Positions 11,011 to 22,634 of a DNA stretch of 64,000 bases are shown here, piece after piece (positions within the stretch are counted from its first letter, which is position 1; each line of letters opens with the position of its first letter). Where the stretch lies: positions 94,513,105-94,577,104 of the forward strand of contig NC_090376.1 in assembly GCF_036365525.1 (NCBI RefSeq), written 5' to 3'. Under the pieces are notes generated by a model. That model was not told the DNA's origin, ran no database searches, and saw only the letters and a program-made list of their open reading frames with translations. Both the position numbers and the translations under genes were made by a program. This stretch comes from Heterodontus francisci (taxonomy: Eukaryota).

Positions 11011-12419
11011 AACGGATTCCTAGACTTTAAGAAACTCTTGCAGTACCAAGGCGATGCACAATGAAGTTTCAAACTCTGCAGAATGCATCAGATTGTGGAG
11101 GGGAGGGTCTTTTTATTAGATTTTACTAAATGTCTTTGCTGTAGGGAATCTGTTTCACTTGGCAAGCTGTGATAAGTTTTTATTTTTATTGTGAAAGTTT
11201 TGAAGGTCGTTACTTATTGTGGTGGCGATTCAGGTTTTCAATGCCCGCGTGTTTTCACCGTCGCTCAAATGATTTGATTTCAATGGTTATTGCAAACATG
11301 GCCACAGTTGAACCTAGGTCGCAAGGGTCTTTGGCACACATTTGAATGCTCGTAGAAGAATGCATATTTCCACAAAATTAGGTATTTTAAGACAGACATG
11401 TGATTCTACTGATGGATGTATGGTTATTACCATTTTGGTTTTGTAGGATATTTCTCCACTAGTAAGTGGAGCATCTGTGTCAATTGAATGAAATTCCTTT
11501 TTTCAGGGTGTCGGATCTTACAACACATTATTTATGTTCTTCCTCATTAACTAATAACTCATAATCACCCCTCTGTAGTCCAATACTTTTTGTGTGGTAC
11601 CCAAAGGAAGATGCAGCACAATGCAGTTACAATTACAAAGTTATTCTTAAGAAAAAAAAGCGCAGTATGCATGGAGTCCGGGTCACAGTAAACTTTATTC
11701 AGCTATATTTTTATTGATGAGATTGACCACCTGGTTTATATGAAAGGATTGATTTTTAAATGTAACAGATAATTTGCAAAGTAAAAATTGTTTAAAGTGC
11801 ATTAATATATCTAAATTAAGAGAATATTTTGCACTGCTTTTTTTAATACTGAAATTGCGTTGTCAACTACAGCATCCTCAAGCTACATTAATATAACAGT
11901 TTTTAATCAATGACGCAATATTGTTTTTTTTAAAAGTCAAGAAAAATGCATTATGCTTTGCACTGGATTGAGAAGTGCTCAGTTATTGCTATAAGACAAT
12001 ATGATTAATTGTACTAATGCAATATTTATTCAAAATATGTGAACTGTATGTTTGGCCCTGTACGAATATTGTGTGTCCATTTTCATTCAAAGTTCAATCA
12101 CGCATGGAATAGGCTCCTTGCATTGGAAAGAAATGTCCTTGAAGTTTGTTAGAAAGCGTCTATACTCGTTTCCTTTTCCACACAACATCGGCGTTAGGAA
12201 TATTTAAACACGTGGCGGAATTTTAATTCCAGAGTCAGGACCCCGAAGTCACATTCATTTCAGGGTCCTGACTCCGCACTGTATTGGCAACATGTATGCA
12301 TTGCTATTTTAATAGAAAACAAAGTTAATTGGCCCAGAGTCACATTTGCCATCCAATTGGCAGTGGGTGTAGGAAGGAGGTGGGACACAGGAAGCAGCAG
12401 GCCTGATCTAAAGGGAGAG

Positions 12420-14060
12420 TGGCAGCCCTCCCCTCCCCATTTTTCTGACACATCAGTTGAGGTATTGCTGGAGGCACTGACAGCACAGAGACATATCCTT
12501 TTCCCTGTAAGTGGCATGTGCAAGGCTGACCAAGACGGTATAGCTGGAGATGACTCATGAGGAGAGCAACAGAGGGGTGGTGAGGAGGAACTGGGTCCAG
12601 TGCAGGAAATGTTTCAATGACCTGTTTAGCTCTGTCAAGGTGAGTTCAAGGATAGACCCAGATGGCATGCCTCCTGATCGGCAGTCACCAGAATGCAAAA
12701 GAGAGGGGCATCCTGAGGGCACATAGAGTTCTCCTGACTACAAAGAGATGTGTGCTCAGCAGCATTGATGACTCTTAAGCATAGTTCATAATCGTAGTGC
12801 TATTGGACAGTAAGCTACAGTGAAGACTGCAACATCTTATCCAAATGGTGAGGGAGGGGGGCATTGTCCTAATGTCATCTTTCTTCACCTGGCAGGCCAA
12901 ATGGGAGAACAGCACCAGGGAGAGCGAAAGGGCACATTTGGACAGTGGAGATCCCCAGCTCATATCACTGATGCATTTTGAGGTCCTGGCCCTTGGTCTG
13001 GCTAGAGTGGCAAGACACAGGGATATTAGGGACAGAGAAATGTCCAACATAGACAGGGTGAAAAGATGTCAGCATCTCCAGGTTGAGGGAATGCATAGCA
13101 ATGCTCGCTGTGCAACGAGCTGTCAATGCATAAGCTGTCACCCCGGTATTTTAAGCAGCAGAAGCATCTGTTGATTGTGCCGATTTCTCATGACCACCTC
13201 TTAAGTCTCCCATAGGGCCAGCTGTGCGGAGGGTGAGGAGTTGACACACCGCCAATATGTTCTCGAGGAGTCAGAGGAGGAAGACACATTGGAGCCTGAG
13301 CCATCACATCTTTCTTTCACAGACACTTGCACCTCAGTGGTTCCTCATGCGCTACTAGGAACGGTGGCACGGGGTGAAGTGCACATCACTTCAGAGCAGG
13401 AGGATATGGGGGAGGCGGAGGGCAGGTGCAGCTCTGCTCAGCAGGGCAGAGAGGCAGAACTAGGGAGTCATGAAACAGGTGGCTCTACCTAGAGAACCAG
13501 CGTGAGATGTGTGCCCGTATGTTGGAGTTATCTCAGGCACTGTGGAGTCTTGGGATGGTTTAGTTTAGTTTAGAGATACAGCACTGAAACAGGCCCTTTG
13601 GCCCACCGAGTCTGTGCCGACCATCAACCACCCATTTTATACTAATCCTACACTAATCCCATATTCCTACCACATCCCCACCTGTCCCTATATTTCCCTA
13701 CCACCTACCTATACTAGGGGCAATTGCTAATGGCCAATTTACCTATCAACCTGCAAGTCTTTGGCATGTGGGAGGAAACTGGAGCACCCGGAGGAAACCC
13801 ACGCAGACACAGGGAGAACTTGCAAACTCCACACAGACAGTACCCAGAATTGAACCCGGGTCGCTGGAGCTGTGAGGCTGCGGTGCTAACCCCTAATGTA
13901 GGAGTCCATTCATCTCATATGCTGCACAATGTCTCAGTGCTTTGAGTGCATTGAGAGAGTGGCCAACTTCATGGAGAGCCAAATGCAGCATCACTCAGAG
14001 TGGATGCAGGAACAGCATGCGGACATGCACAGAATGCAAGCCGCAGTCAGTAACCATTAG
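12420..14060 (+). pseudogene. Harbinger Myb/SANT-like DNA-binding protein pseudogene (spliced)
   Basis: Reads PHFSDTSVEVLLEAL..QRHILFP ... RRNWVQCRKCFNDL, then a donor AAG|GTGAGT at 12640. The next exon after 'cacctggcag' reads AKWENSTRESERA..SGDPQL. It has frameshifts and a SINE insertion. Confidence 0.7.
13558..13890 (-). mobile_element. HE1-type V-SINE
   Basis: Reverse complement of the 4618-4960 family with a (TAAAC)n tail. Confidence 0.9.
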
Positions 14061-14739
14061 TGGTGCAGATGGCACAAAGAGTGGATGCCAGTTGCGCCCC
14101 AGCTGGTGGTTCTCGCTAGCGAGTAAGGGTGCCATGAAAGGGCTGAGGAGGTGATAGATGGTGATCAGGTGGCCACCTCTCATGGAGTTCCATCATCATC
14201 ATTCGCCTCCACGGCCCCTCCAATGGATGAAGCATCTGTAGAGTTACGCTCTGTGGCAAAGGCTGCCCCTGCAGTAATGCTGGTGCAGCAGCCTTTGGAG
14301 GTCCTCCCTGGCACCTCCCCGATGCAGCCGACTACCAAGGGCAAGCATCTCGGTCCCCAACAGGCGCTAGCGAGCATTCTGCCTTCATCTCATCTTTACC
14401 ACAGATGGAGCAACTTGTAGAAGTAGCCATGATTGGAGGCCACCGTTTCGGTGATGTCACTTTGTGGGTCACTTGGGTGTTTCTGTTGTAAAATATATCA
14501 AGCTGTTATGAGATAAAGCACTGGGCAAGTTGTTGCACAAAGGCAGATTTGTGTGTTTCCATTTCATCATGCGAAAGGCAGGGGAATAGAAAATAAAGGT
14601 TAGCGAAGCAAAGAAGTGTGGTGGGGAAGTGTGTGTCAGGTGGAGCTGCTGGAGCTTTGCGTGTCATTGGAAGGTGCTGGCATTTGTTCTTAACCGATGC
14701 TTGCTCTCACTCAGATGAAGGAGACCCTCCTCTCCAAAT

Positions 14740-15670
14740 GTCCTGCAGACTGAGTCTTGCTCAGCTGAAATATGCCTGGATCAGAGTGGCTATAGTGTCC
14801 CTGCCATCCCGATGAGTGCTCCGTCTCATGAGCCTAAGATAGTGACATCCCTGCAAGCATGAGGACCATTTCCCAGTTTTCCTTCAGCCTCCTTGTCCTC
14901 ATCATTTTCCTCCTCCTCTTTGTCCTCTGAGGAGCTGTGCTGTTCCAGCACTTCTCCCTCTTCAAGGTTCACACTTCTGTGGAGAGCCATGTTATAGGAG
15001 CGCAGCAGACCACCACAATGCATGAGATCCTTGAGGGAGTGTACTGGAGGGTGACCTCTGACCGGTTAAGGGACCTGAACCTCATCTTTAGGAGCCAATG
15101 GCCTGCTCAGTGATGACCCTTGTGCTCTGGTGGCATCAATTATCGTGTCTCTGAGCCTTCATGGCAGGGTAATGCACTGCAGTCATCAGTCATCCTCATG
15201 GGATAAGCCTTATCCACTAACAGCCATCTACGAATTTCTGATGGCTCCATGAAGAGCTGCAGCAACTGCGATTGCTGGAGATGAAGACATCATGGCAGCT
15301 TCCAGGACAGCATGCACACACCTGCATAAAGCACTTGCTGTAATCGTGTACGAGCTGAACATTTAAGGAATGAAACCCCTTCCTATCGAGGAATCTCCCT
15401 GGCTGTCCAGTCGATGCCTTGATGGACATATGGGCACAATTGATGATCCCCTGCACCTGATGAAATCAAGTGAGGGAGCCAAATCCCACTGCCTTTTTGA
15501 GCTGGAGTGCAATCCGCCTGGAATCCAATGTAATCTCCTGCTCTCAAACAGAGCATCCATTACCGCCATGATGCTGCTCACAGGATGCCACCAATGTCTG
15601 CTGCTGCTCTTTGGAAGGAACTGGTTGCAAAAAATTGGAAGGCCACTGTGACTTTCACAGCCACAGGAAG
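14740..15670 (-). pseudogene. Harbinger (HARBI1-like) DDE transposase pseudogene
   Basis: Motifs LPVAVKVTVA..FFATSSFQ, QGIINCAHMSIKA, RKGFHSLNVQLV, PGSCHD, W..DKAYP and LKMRFRSL..LQYTP, spread across broken frames. Confidence 0.9.
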
Positions 15671-16620
15671 GTCATGGGGATTACCATTGATCAGAAACTG
15701 AACTGGACCCACCATATAAATACTGTGGCTACAAGAGCAGGTCAGAGACTGAGAATTCTGCAACGAGTAACTCACCTCCTGACTCCCCAAAGCCTGTCCA
15801 CCATCCACAAGGCACAAGCCGGGAATATGATGGAATACTGCCCACTTGCCTGGATGAGTGCAGCTCCAACAACATTCAGGAAGCTCAATACTATCCAAGA
15901 CAAAGCAGCCTGCTTGATCAGCACCCCATCCATCAGCTTAAACATTCACTCCTTCCATCACTGGCACATGGTGACAGCAGTGTGTATCATTGATAGATGC
16001 AGATAAATTGAAAGTCGCCGCTTGAATGTTGGACAAACAACTAACTGGAGGAGAAGGAGAAGGCTCCAAAAATATCCCCATCCTCAATGATGGGGAAACC
16101 AAGTGCGTCAATGCAAAACACATGGCTGCAGCATTTGCAACCATCTTCAGCCATAAGTGCTGAGTGGATAATCCATCTCAGTCTCCTTATGAGGTCCCCA
16201 CCATCATAGAAGCTAGTCTTCAGCCAATTCAATTCACACCACTCCACATGACATCAAGAAACGGCTAAAGGCACTAGATACAGCAAAGGCTATGGGCCCT
16301 GACAACATCCTGGCTGCACCTTCGACAGCATCTTCCAAATCTGTGACCTGTATTATCTAAAAGGACATGGGCAGCAGATGCATGGGAACATCACCACCTG
16401 CAAATTTCCCTCCAAGTTACACACCATCCTGACTTGGAACTTTATCGCTGTTCCTTCACCATCGCTGGGTCAGAATCCTGGAACTCCCTAACAGCACTGT
16501 GAGTGTACCTACACCACATGGACTGCAGCTCACCACCATCTTATGTGGGGCAATTAGGGATGGGCAATAAATGCTGGCCTTGTCTGCGACGCTCACATCC
16601 CACGAACAAATGTAAAAAAA
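15668..16620 (+). mobile_element. Zenon/T1-like CR1-clade LINE fragments in rearranged order
   Basis: ORF 15611..16006 reads GITIDQKLNWTHHI...MEYCPLAW. A KAMGPDNI motif lies at about 16290, and the family 3' end with an A tail at 16520-16622. Confidence 0.75.
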
Positions 16621-17389
16621 AAGTGGGCTTGAAACTGAGGATAAGGGCATATCGAACAGTTTATTTCCTCAAAATATACCACATACGAAGAATGCCTAAT
16701 CACGCAAAAAAGAACCACAGTAAAATTTAGGACTTATATATACATGAGATGGAAGAACTAGACAAGTTGAAAAGGTTTAAAAGAAATATATAATCAGGTT
16801 TAGATGTTTTTATCCCAGGGAGATTTGTGAGGACACTTGATGTGCCAGTAGATTGGAAACATGCTGTTGCACGTATTCAAAATTGGTGTTGAAAGAGACA
16901 TGTGCAACTGCAGAATGCTTCAATTCCTTATAAAAATAAATGGAATTTTGATCATAAGGAGTAAACTTAAGGATTATCTGTTCAATTATTAAAGAACAGC
17001 AACTTGGCTTTAGAGTGGAAATGCCCAGCCTGAGCATCCTACTTATTTTGAAGAAGTGAAAATCCAAGCTAATTGTGATAAACCCTGCGACATATGTCAT
17101 TGGATTTCCAAAAAGCATTTGATAAAGTTCCACATGAAAGGTTACTAATCAAACTTCAAGCTATGATGATTCTGGCCAAAAATTGAATATGAATGGGAAA
17201 TTGGCTAAAGGTTAGAGAAACGATGTATGAGAACGAAGATGCCAGAATTTGGGGATGATGGTGGGCACTGAATGGAGTGCTTGAGGACTCTGTATTGGGC
17301 CCATTGCCCTTTCTAATTTACCTCAATGATCTGGCATCAGAAACTGGATGTGAATTGGTCAAATTTTCAGATGATACAAAACTTGAAGG

Positions 17390-20300
17390 GGCAGTCCTCT
17401 GTCCCTCTCTTGGATACTCTCTAAAGGCCCATCAAGGCGCAGGCCATTGCCTCCTTTATCAGCAACAATCCTAACTGCATCATTCTGTCTCATTGACTTT
17501 CTCACCCAGCACACACACCCACTGGGTGTTAATTTTGCTAATCTCGTCACTCTATTCACCCCAGCAATTAGTGACCCATCTGATTTTGCTGCTGTGTTAA
17601 CAATTACTGGCTCTCTTTGCATTTCACTCCAGAATGACCATCCACTTGCAACAAAGACTTTATGGATGGTTGCATTCACATCTTGGCTTTGACTGAAACT
17701 TGGCTTGAGGATGACAGTACCTTGTCCTTTTTTTTTTTTGAAGCTTCTTCATTTAGTTATACTTGAGACCAATTGTCCTGGCCAAACTGCTGTAGTGGTC
17801 GAATGGCCCTTATGACCGAATCACACCTTGGTGTGTCTCCCTACTTCTCTGGCACTTGCTTCTCCTTCAACCTTGCTCCACCCCTCTTACCTCACCTTTT
17901 AAAATCTTTTTTTCTGTACTTCAGCCCCTGTTTTTCACCCCCACCCTGTCTCCAAAGCTCCATACAGAGTTTCTCACTAAGGTAGCTTCCTATCATACCT
18001 CCCTTGGCCTCGGCACTGAGTGGCTCTATCATCCTTGGTCATTTTAATCTCCATCTCAACTCATCTCATTATCTCTCCCTTCAATTCATTGCCCTTCTGT
18101 CTTTGCCAAACTTCTCTTTTTTGATATAAGCTCATGGCCACTTGCTTTCTGGCATGGGCTGTACTCCCATGATCTCTTGTATCCCATATCCCCATACCCC
18201 TTACACCATTTTGATCTGCATCCACTCCTAGGGAAAATTCTTCCCCCACCTAACATAATTGCACTTAGAACTATTTTTTGGCTTTCCATTTGCTAGAATA
18301 CTTTTGAAGATGTCAATCTGCTCGACCATGACCACACTTCCACTTTCAATCCTTGTTCCCAGTAAAAAATGTTACTGTCCGATCCTGGTTGTTTCCTCTG
18401 GTATTTTTTTTTTTTTTTTTTTATTAGGCAGCAGGAACCCCAGTTTTGTTTCCTCTGGTATGCTTTCTATATTAGCTCCGCCAAGTCCAAGGTATGCAGA
18501 CTTGAGCATATCAAATTCAGCCATCTCTTGTCAGATCTGCCTGAACTGCATCAATAGCTGTTAGGCCTCATTGTGCTGTGTCAAAACCACCAGTTATTCC
18601 AGAATCACCCTGGAGAGCAAAGATAACCCCTGGCTTATCTCTACGACCAACTCTTCTCAAATACCTCTGCCCTGCCCCTTCCACCCTCACAGCCAACAAG
18701 TGCAAGAAGCTCGTGGAGTTCTTTGTCACTAATGATACAGTCAAGTGAGGAGAGGTTAAATGGCTTGCCTCTTTTCCTCCTCCTCATTAGAATTAAACCT
18801 GTTGTGGTCTTTCTTAAAGTGGATGTACTGCCTAATTCAGTAAGTGCTTGCTTACTTACTTGCATTGATCAGAACAAGAACCAATCGGACAGGTTTTCTT
18901 GAGTTAACAAAGAGGTTAACTTTATTCTACCTAAACTGAACTAATAAAATAATAAACAACGTCACATACACACTAGAGGTTTACACACACAAAAATAGGT
19001 TACAGAGGGGCAAAGGTAGATTGGTTGAGGTAGAGTCCCGAAGAAAGGTATACAGTCTGTGGGGTTTAGTGATTTGGCTGAATTCAGTGGTCCTGAGGCT
19101 TTTAGTATGAAGAGGTAGATAACTGGTTCGATGAGTCTCTTGGATGATTTCCTCCAATGGGGTTTCGGGTTGTAGCTGGAGTACGCAAAGGTGTTCAGTC
19201 AACCAGCAGGATTTGAAAGCTTTCAAGCTGGAATGGAGATGGAGTAAGAGGGTCCACTTAGGGTCTGCTCATGTCAGAGTCCAGTTGCTTCTCCTTTGCT
19301 GCAGAGAAAACACCAGCTTAAAACTGCAGATGGGGAGGGGCTTGACACATGACAGTCACTAAGTCATTCAAACATAGCAGTTAGCAGGATTTTTCTGCTT
19401 GCTGAAAGAACAGGTAGTTTCTTTAAACTCCTTGGGTCTTGGTTCTTGCAGGGGAATTAGCAGATATTTCATCTCCTTCCTCACAGTCCTTTGCAATGTA
19501 GAATACAGTGTAGCAAACTAGATGATCATTTTAAGCTGCCAACAATCATCCTTTTTTAAAAGTTCCTTTTAAATTTCTTCAAAAAATATAAATTCAGACT
19601 CCAGTCAGTGGACCAAAGAAAATTATTATTCAGCAAAACACATTGACTTGACTTAAAGGTTGAGACCATCTATTCAGTTGCCTCTGCTGCTTCCTCACCA
19701 GCCAAACCTGCCCTCAACTTCCCCCTGCCCTGGACCTGTAATTCAGTCTCTAGTTTATCTCCCATCTTTCCTCATACCATTCTGAGCTCATCTTGTCTAT
19801 CAGGCCCACCTTCTGCTCCTTTGATCCCATTTCTAGTGAACTGCTGACTTCCCAACTTTCCTTCCTGGTGCAGTGCTGGCTGACATTGTAGATGTTTAAT
19901 TTTAATTTAATTTTACGCCCACCACACCCCCACCCCCCCGCCCCGCCTCGCCTCCAGCCCACTCGTGCGGGAGGAGTAAAATTACGGCCTGTATTTCAAT
20001 ATCTACAATTAGGTCTTTGCCCCAACACATCACTGAAACAACTCTAATTAAAATCACAGATGACCTCTTCGATGAATGAGCATGGTGCATTTTTCCTAAT
20101 CTGCCTTAACCTGTGTGCAGCCTTTGACACAGTCAACCATACCAATCTCCTCCGACATCTCCCCTCCAATTCGCTGGCACTGTGCTCACTTGGTTCCACT
20201 CTTACTTATCCAGCAATGCCTTTTCACCCTGCCTTTGCACTCATTGTTACATCTAGCATCCCTGAAGAACTAGCCTTGCCCCCTTCCTCTCCCTTATCTC

Positions 20301-21240
20301 CATACTGCTCCTTGGTGGCATCTTCCGAAGATATGGGGTAAGCCTTCAAATGTAAGTTGATGACACTCAGCTATACCTTTCTACCACCTCTGTTGACTGC
20401 CCCTCCCCTCCAATGTCTCTGTGCTGTTAGAGTGCTTGTCCAACATCCAAACCTGGATGAGCCACAATTTTGTTCAGTTGAGCATTGGGATGATTAAAGC
20501 CACCACCTTCAGCCTGGTCATTCCTTGCCCTCAACTTCGAATCTATCCATCTATCCACAGGCTGAACAGGACTGTTTCCAATCTCAGCATTCAATTTGAC
20601 CTGGAATTGAACATCTGACCCCATATACTGTTCATCACGAAGATTGTCTTACTTCCACCTTCGTAACTGCACCTCAAACTCTTATCCATGTTTTAGTCAC
20701 CTCCAGACTTAACCATTTCAATGCTTTCCTGGCCAGCCTACCATAGTGCATCCTTTCTAAATTTCAGCTGATCCAAAGTTCTACTGCCCATAACCTATCC
20801 TGCACAAAGTCACACTCGCCCGTCAACTCTCACCTGCATTGCTACCAGTCCTCTGATGCCTTCAATTTAAAATTCCCATCCTCATGTTGAAATCTATTAA
20901 TAGGTTTGTTTCTCCCTCCCTCTCTAACTTCCTCCAGCTCTACAGCGATTTCCGCCCACCCCCCCCCCCCCCCCTCCCCCCGCCAGATCCTGTTCATCTG
21001 GCTTTGGCCTTTTGTCAAGATCCCCCGTCCCTTCACCGCACAAATCTTCAGCTGTCTAGGCCCCATGCTCTGAAATTCCCTTCCTAAACCTCTGCACTGC
21101 CCTATTTTATCTCAAAGCCCTCCTTAAAACCAATCTCTTACTGCTTATATCTCCCTTGTCTCTTCATCCATTTTGTTTGATTGTGCCTATATGAAGCACC
21201 TTGTTAAATATTAAACTTGCTATAAAAAGTAAAGTTGTAT
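17390..21240 (+). mobile_element. Old, long L2-clade LINE (endonuclease to 3' tail), interrupted by a solo LTR; duplicated at 27776-31626
   Basis: LALTETWL-like motif at about 17685, LNLCAAFDTVNH (ORF 20060..), CLSNIQTWMSHNF (ORF 20421..) and an L2-type tail at about 21190-21240. Confidence 0.75.
18733..19653 (-). mobile_element. Solo LTR, family A (probably Gypsy); duplicated at 29119-30039
   Basis: Homologous to 60485-61424. It starts TGATAC, has AATAAA on the minus strand, and interrupts the L2 at 'gtcactaa|...|taaaggttgagacc'. Confidence 0.65.
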
Positions 21241-21456
21241 TGGATCACAAACTGAGCAGCTGAGCTGTAACATAAATTCAGAGTTTAGAGGTGTTCGGGC
21301 AACTGTGGTTTGTTAGAAACTTTGCAGAAGATGATTGTCACAAAAGATCAAGATGAAGGTTGGGGGGATGGTGAGAGAGACTGACAGGGAAGTGACGGAG
21401 ATGGAAATATAAACACAATTATACAAAACACAAAGGACTGTGGTAATAGCATGCAG

Positions 21457-21910
21457 TGATTGAGATGGCTTGGCCATGTGAGCCGTATGGAAGATGGCAG
21501 GATCCCCAAGGACACAATGTACAGCGAGCTCGTCACTGGTATCAGACCCACCTGCCGTCCATGTCTCTGCTTTAAAGACATCAGCAAATGCGACATGAAG
21601 TCCTGTGACATTGATCACAAGTCATGGGAGTCAGTTGCCAGCGATCGCCAGAGCTGGCGGGCAGCCATAAAGGCAGGGCTAAAGTGTGGCGAGTCGAAGA
21701 GACTTAGCAGTTAGCAGGAAAAAAGACAGAAGCGCAAGGGGAGAGCCAACTGTGTAACAGCCCCGACAACCAATTTTATCTGTAGCACCTGTGGAAGAGT
21801 CTGTCACTCTAGAATTGGCCTTTATAACCACTCCAGGCGCTGCTTCACAATCCACTGACCACCTCCAGGCGCTTACCCATTGTCTCAAGACAAGGAGGCC
21901 AAAGAAGAAG
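21457..21910 (+). mobile_element. RTE-clade LINE 3' fragment; duplicated at 31843-32296
   Basis: ORF 21460..21714 reads RWLGHVSRMEDGRIPK, followed by a (GAA)n tail. Confidence 0.9.
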
Positions 21911-22442
21911 ATATATATATCAGGCAGTGTCCTCCCAGGTATGCCCAGTCTTGTGATTTTCTGAAATCTTAGTTACAACTTTGATTAGACTTTTAATTTG
22001 TCTGCATTTTGTGTAATATATTACTGCAATATTTGAAACAAATCTGAGGGCCAGACTTGACCAGAGTCCTTAGCTGTGAAATGCTTAAAAGGTAGGTGGA
22101 GGAGTAGAACTACCTCAGAGAAAACTAGCAGTATTACACTATTTATTAATATCCAGCTTGAATAGGAGTCAAACATTTATCTGCAATTCTATATTTGTAT
22201 ATATTGCCATCTTTTTAATGCAATAGGTCCTACCAAGGGCCTTTACACGATGCTGAGCCATGGGTGAAGGTTTGGGGAGGTAAGTGAAGACTGGGTAGAA
22301 AAAGGTGCGTTTTGAGAAAATTTGTAAAGGAAGACAATGGTAGAGGTGCAAGGAGATTCAGAAAGCAGGACCTAGTTAATTGAAATGAGAACAGCAAGTA
22401 CCGGAAATACTCAACAGGTCTGGCAGCCGCTGTGGACAGAAA

Positions 22443-22483
22443 CAGAGTTAACGTTTCAGGTCTGTGACCTTTCATCAGAACTG
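22443..22483 (-). ncRNA. Putative minimal type-I hammerhead ribozyme in a Penelope-derived terminus (element about 22383-22490); duplicated at 32829-32869
   Basis: Minus strand: CAGUU CUGAUGA A AGGUC-ACA-GACCU GAAA CGUU AACUCUG. The conserved core, a 5-bp stem II, a palindromic ACGU stem III and an AGUU/AACU stem I are all present. Confidence 0.65.
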
Positions 22484-22634
22484 AAATCTTTGGCAGTGAC
22501 TGGGCAATAGAGAAAGGAGGCACTGCAGATTAGCATTGGATGATTGAAGGGTGTAAGAAGGTATGGTCGGAGGAGCTGAGAGATGGGGAGGAGCAAGACT
22601 TTCAAGGGATTTGAAGGTGTGGACATGATTTTAT

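Larger units (their letters stand above)
12214..15670. mobile_element. Decayed autonomous-type Harbinger transposon with convergent Myb/SANT and transposase genes; right end lost or interrupted
   Basis: Left-TIR-like GGCGGAATTTTA at 12214, a Myb-like gene on + and a DDE transposase on -. Confidence 0.85.

Noticed and set aside
14740-15670. Possible domesticated HARBI1-like host gene
   Set aside because: Multiple frameshifts and stops, a LINE truncating the 5' part, and association with a TIR and Myb partner indicate a decayed transposon.
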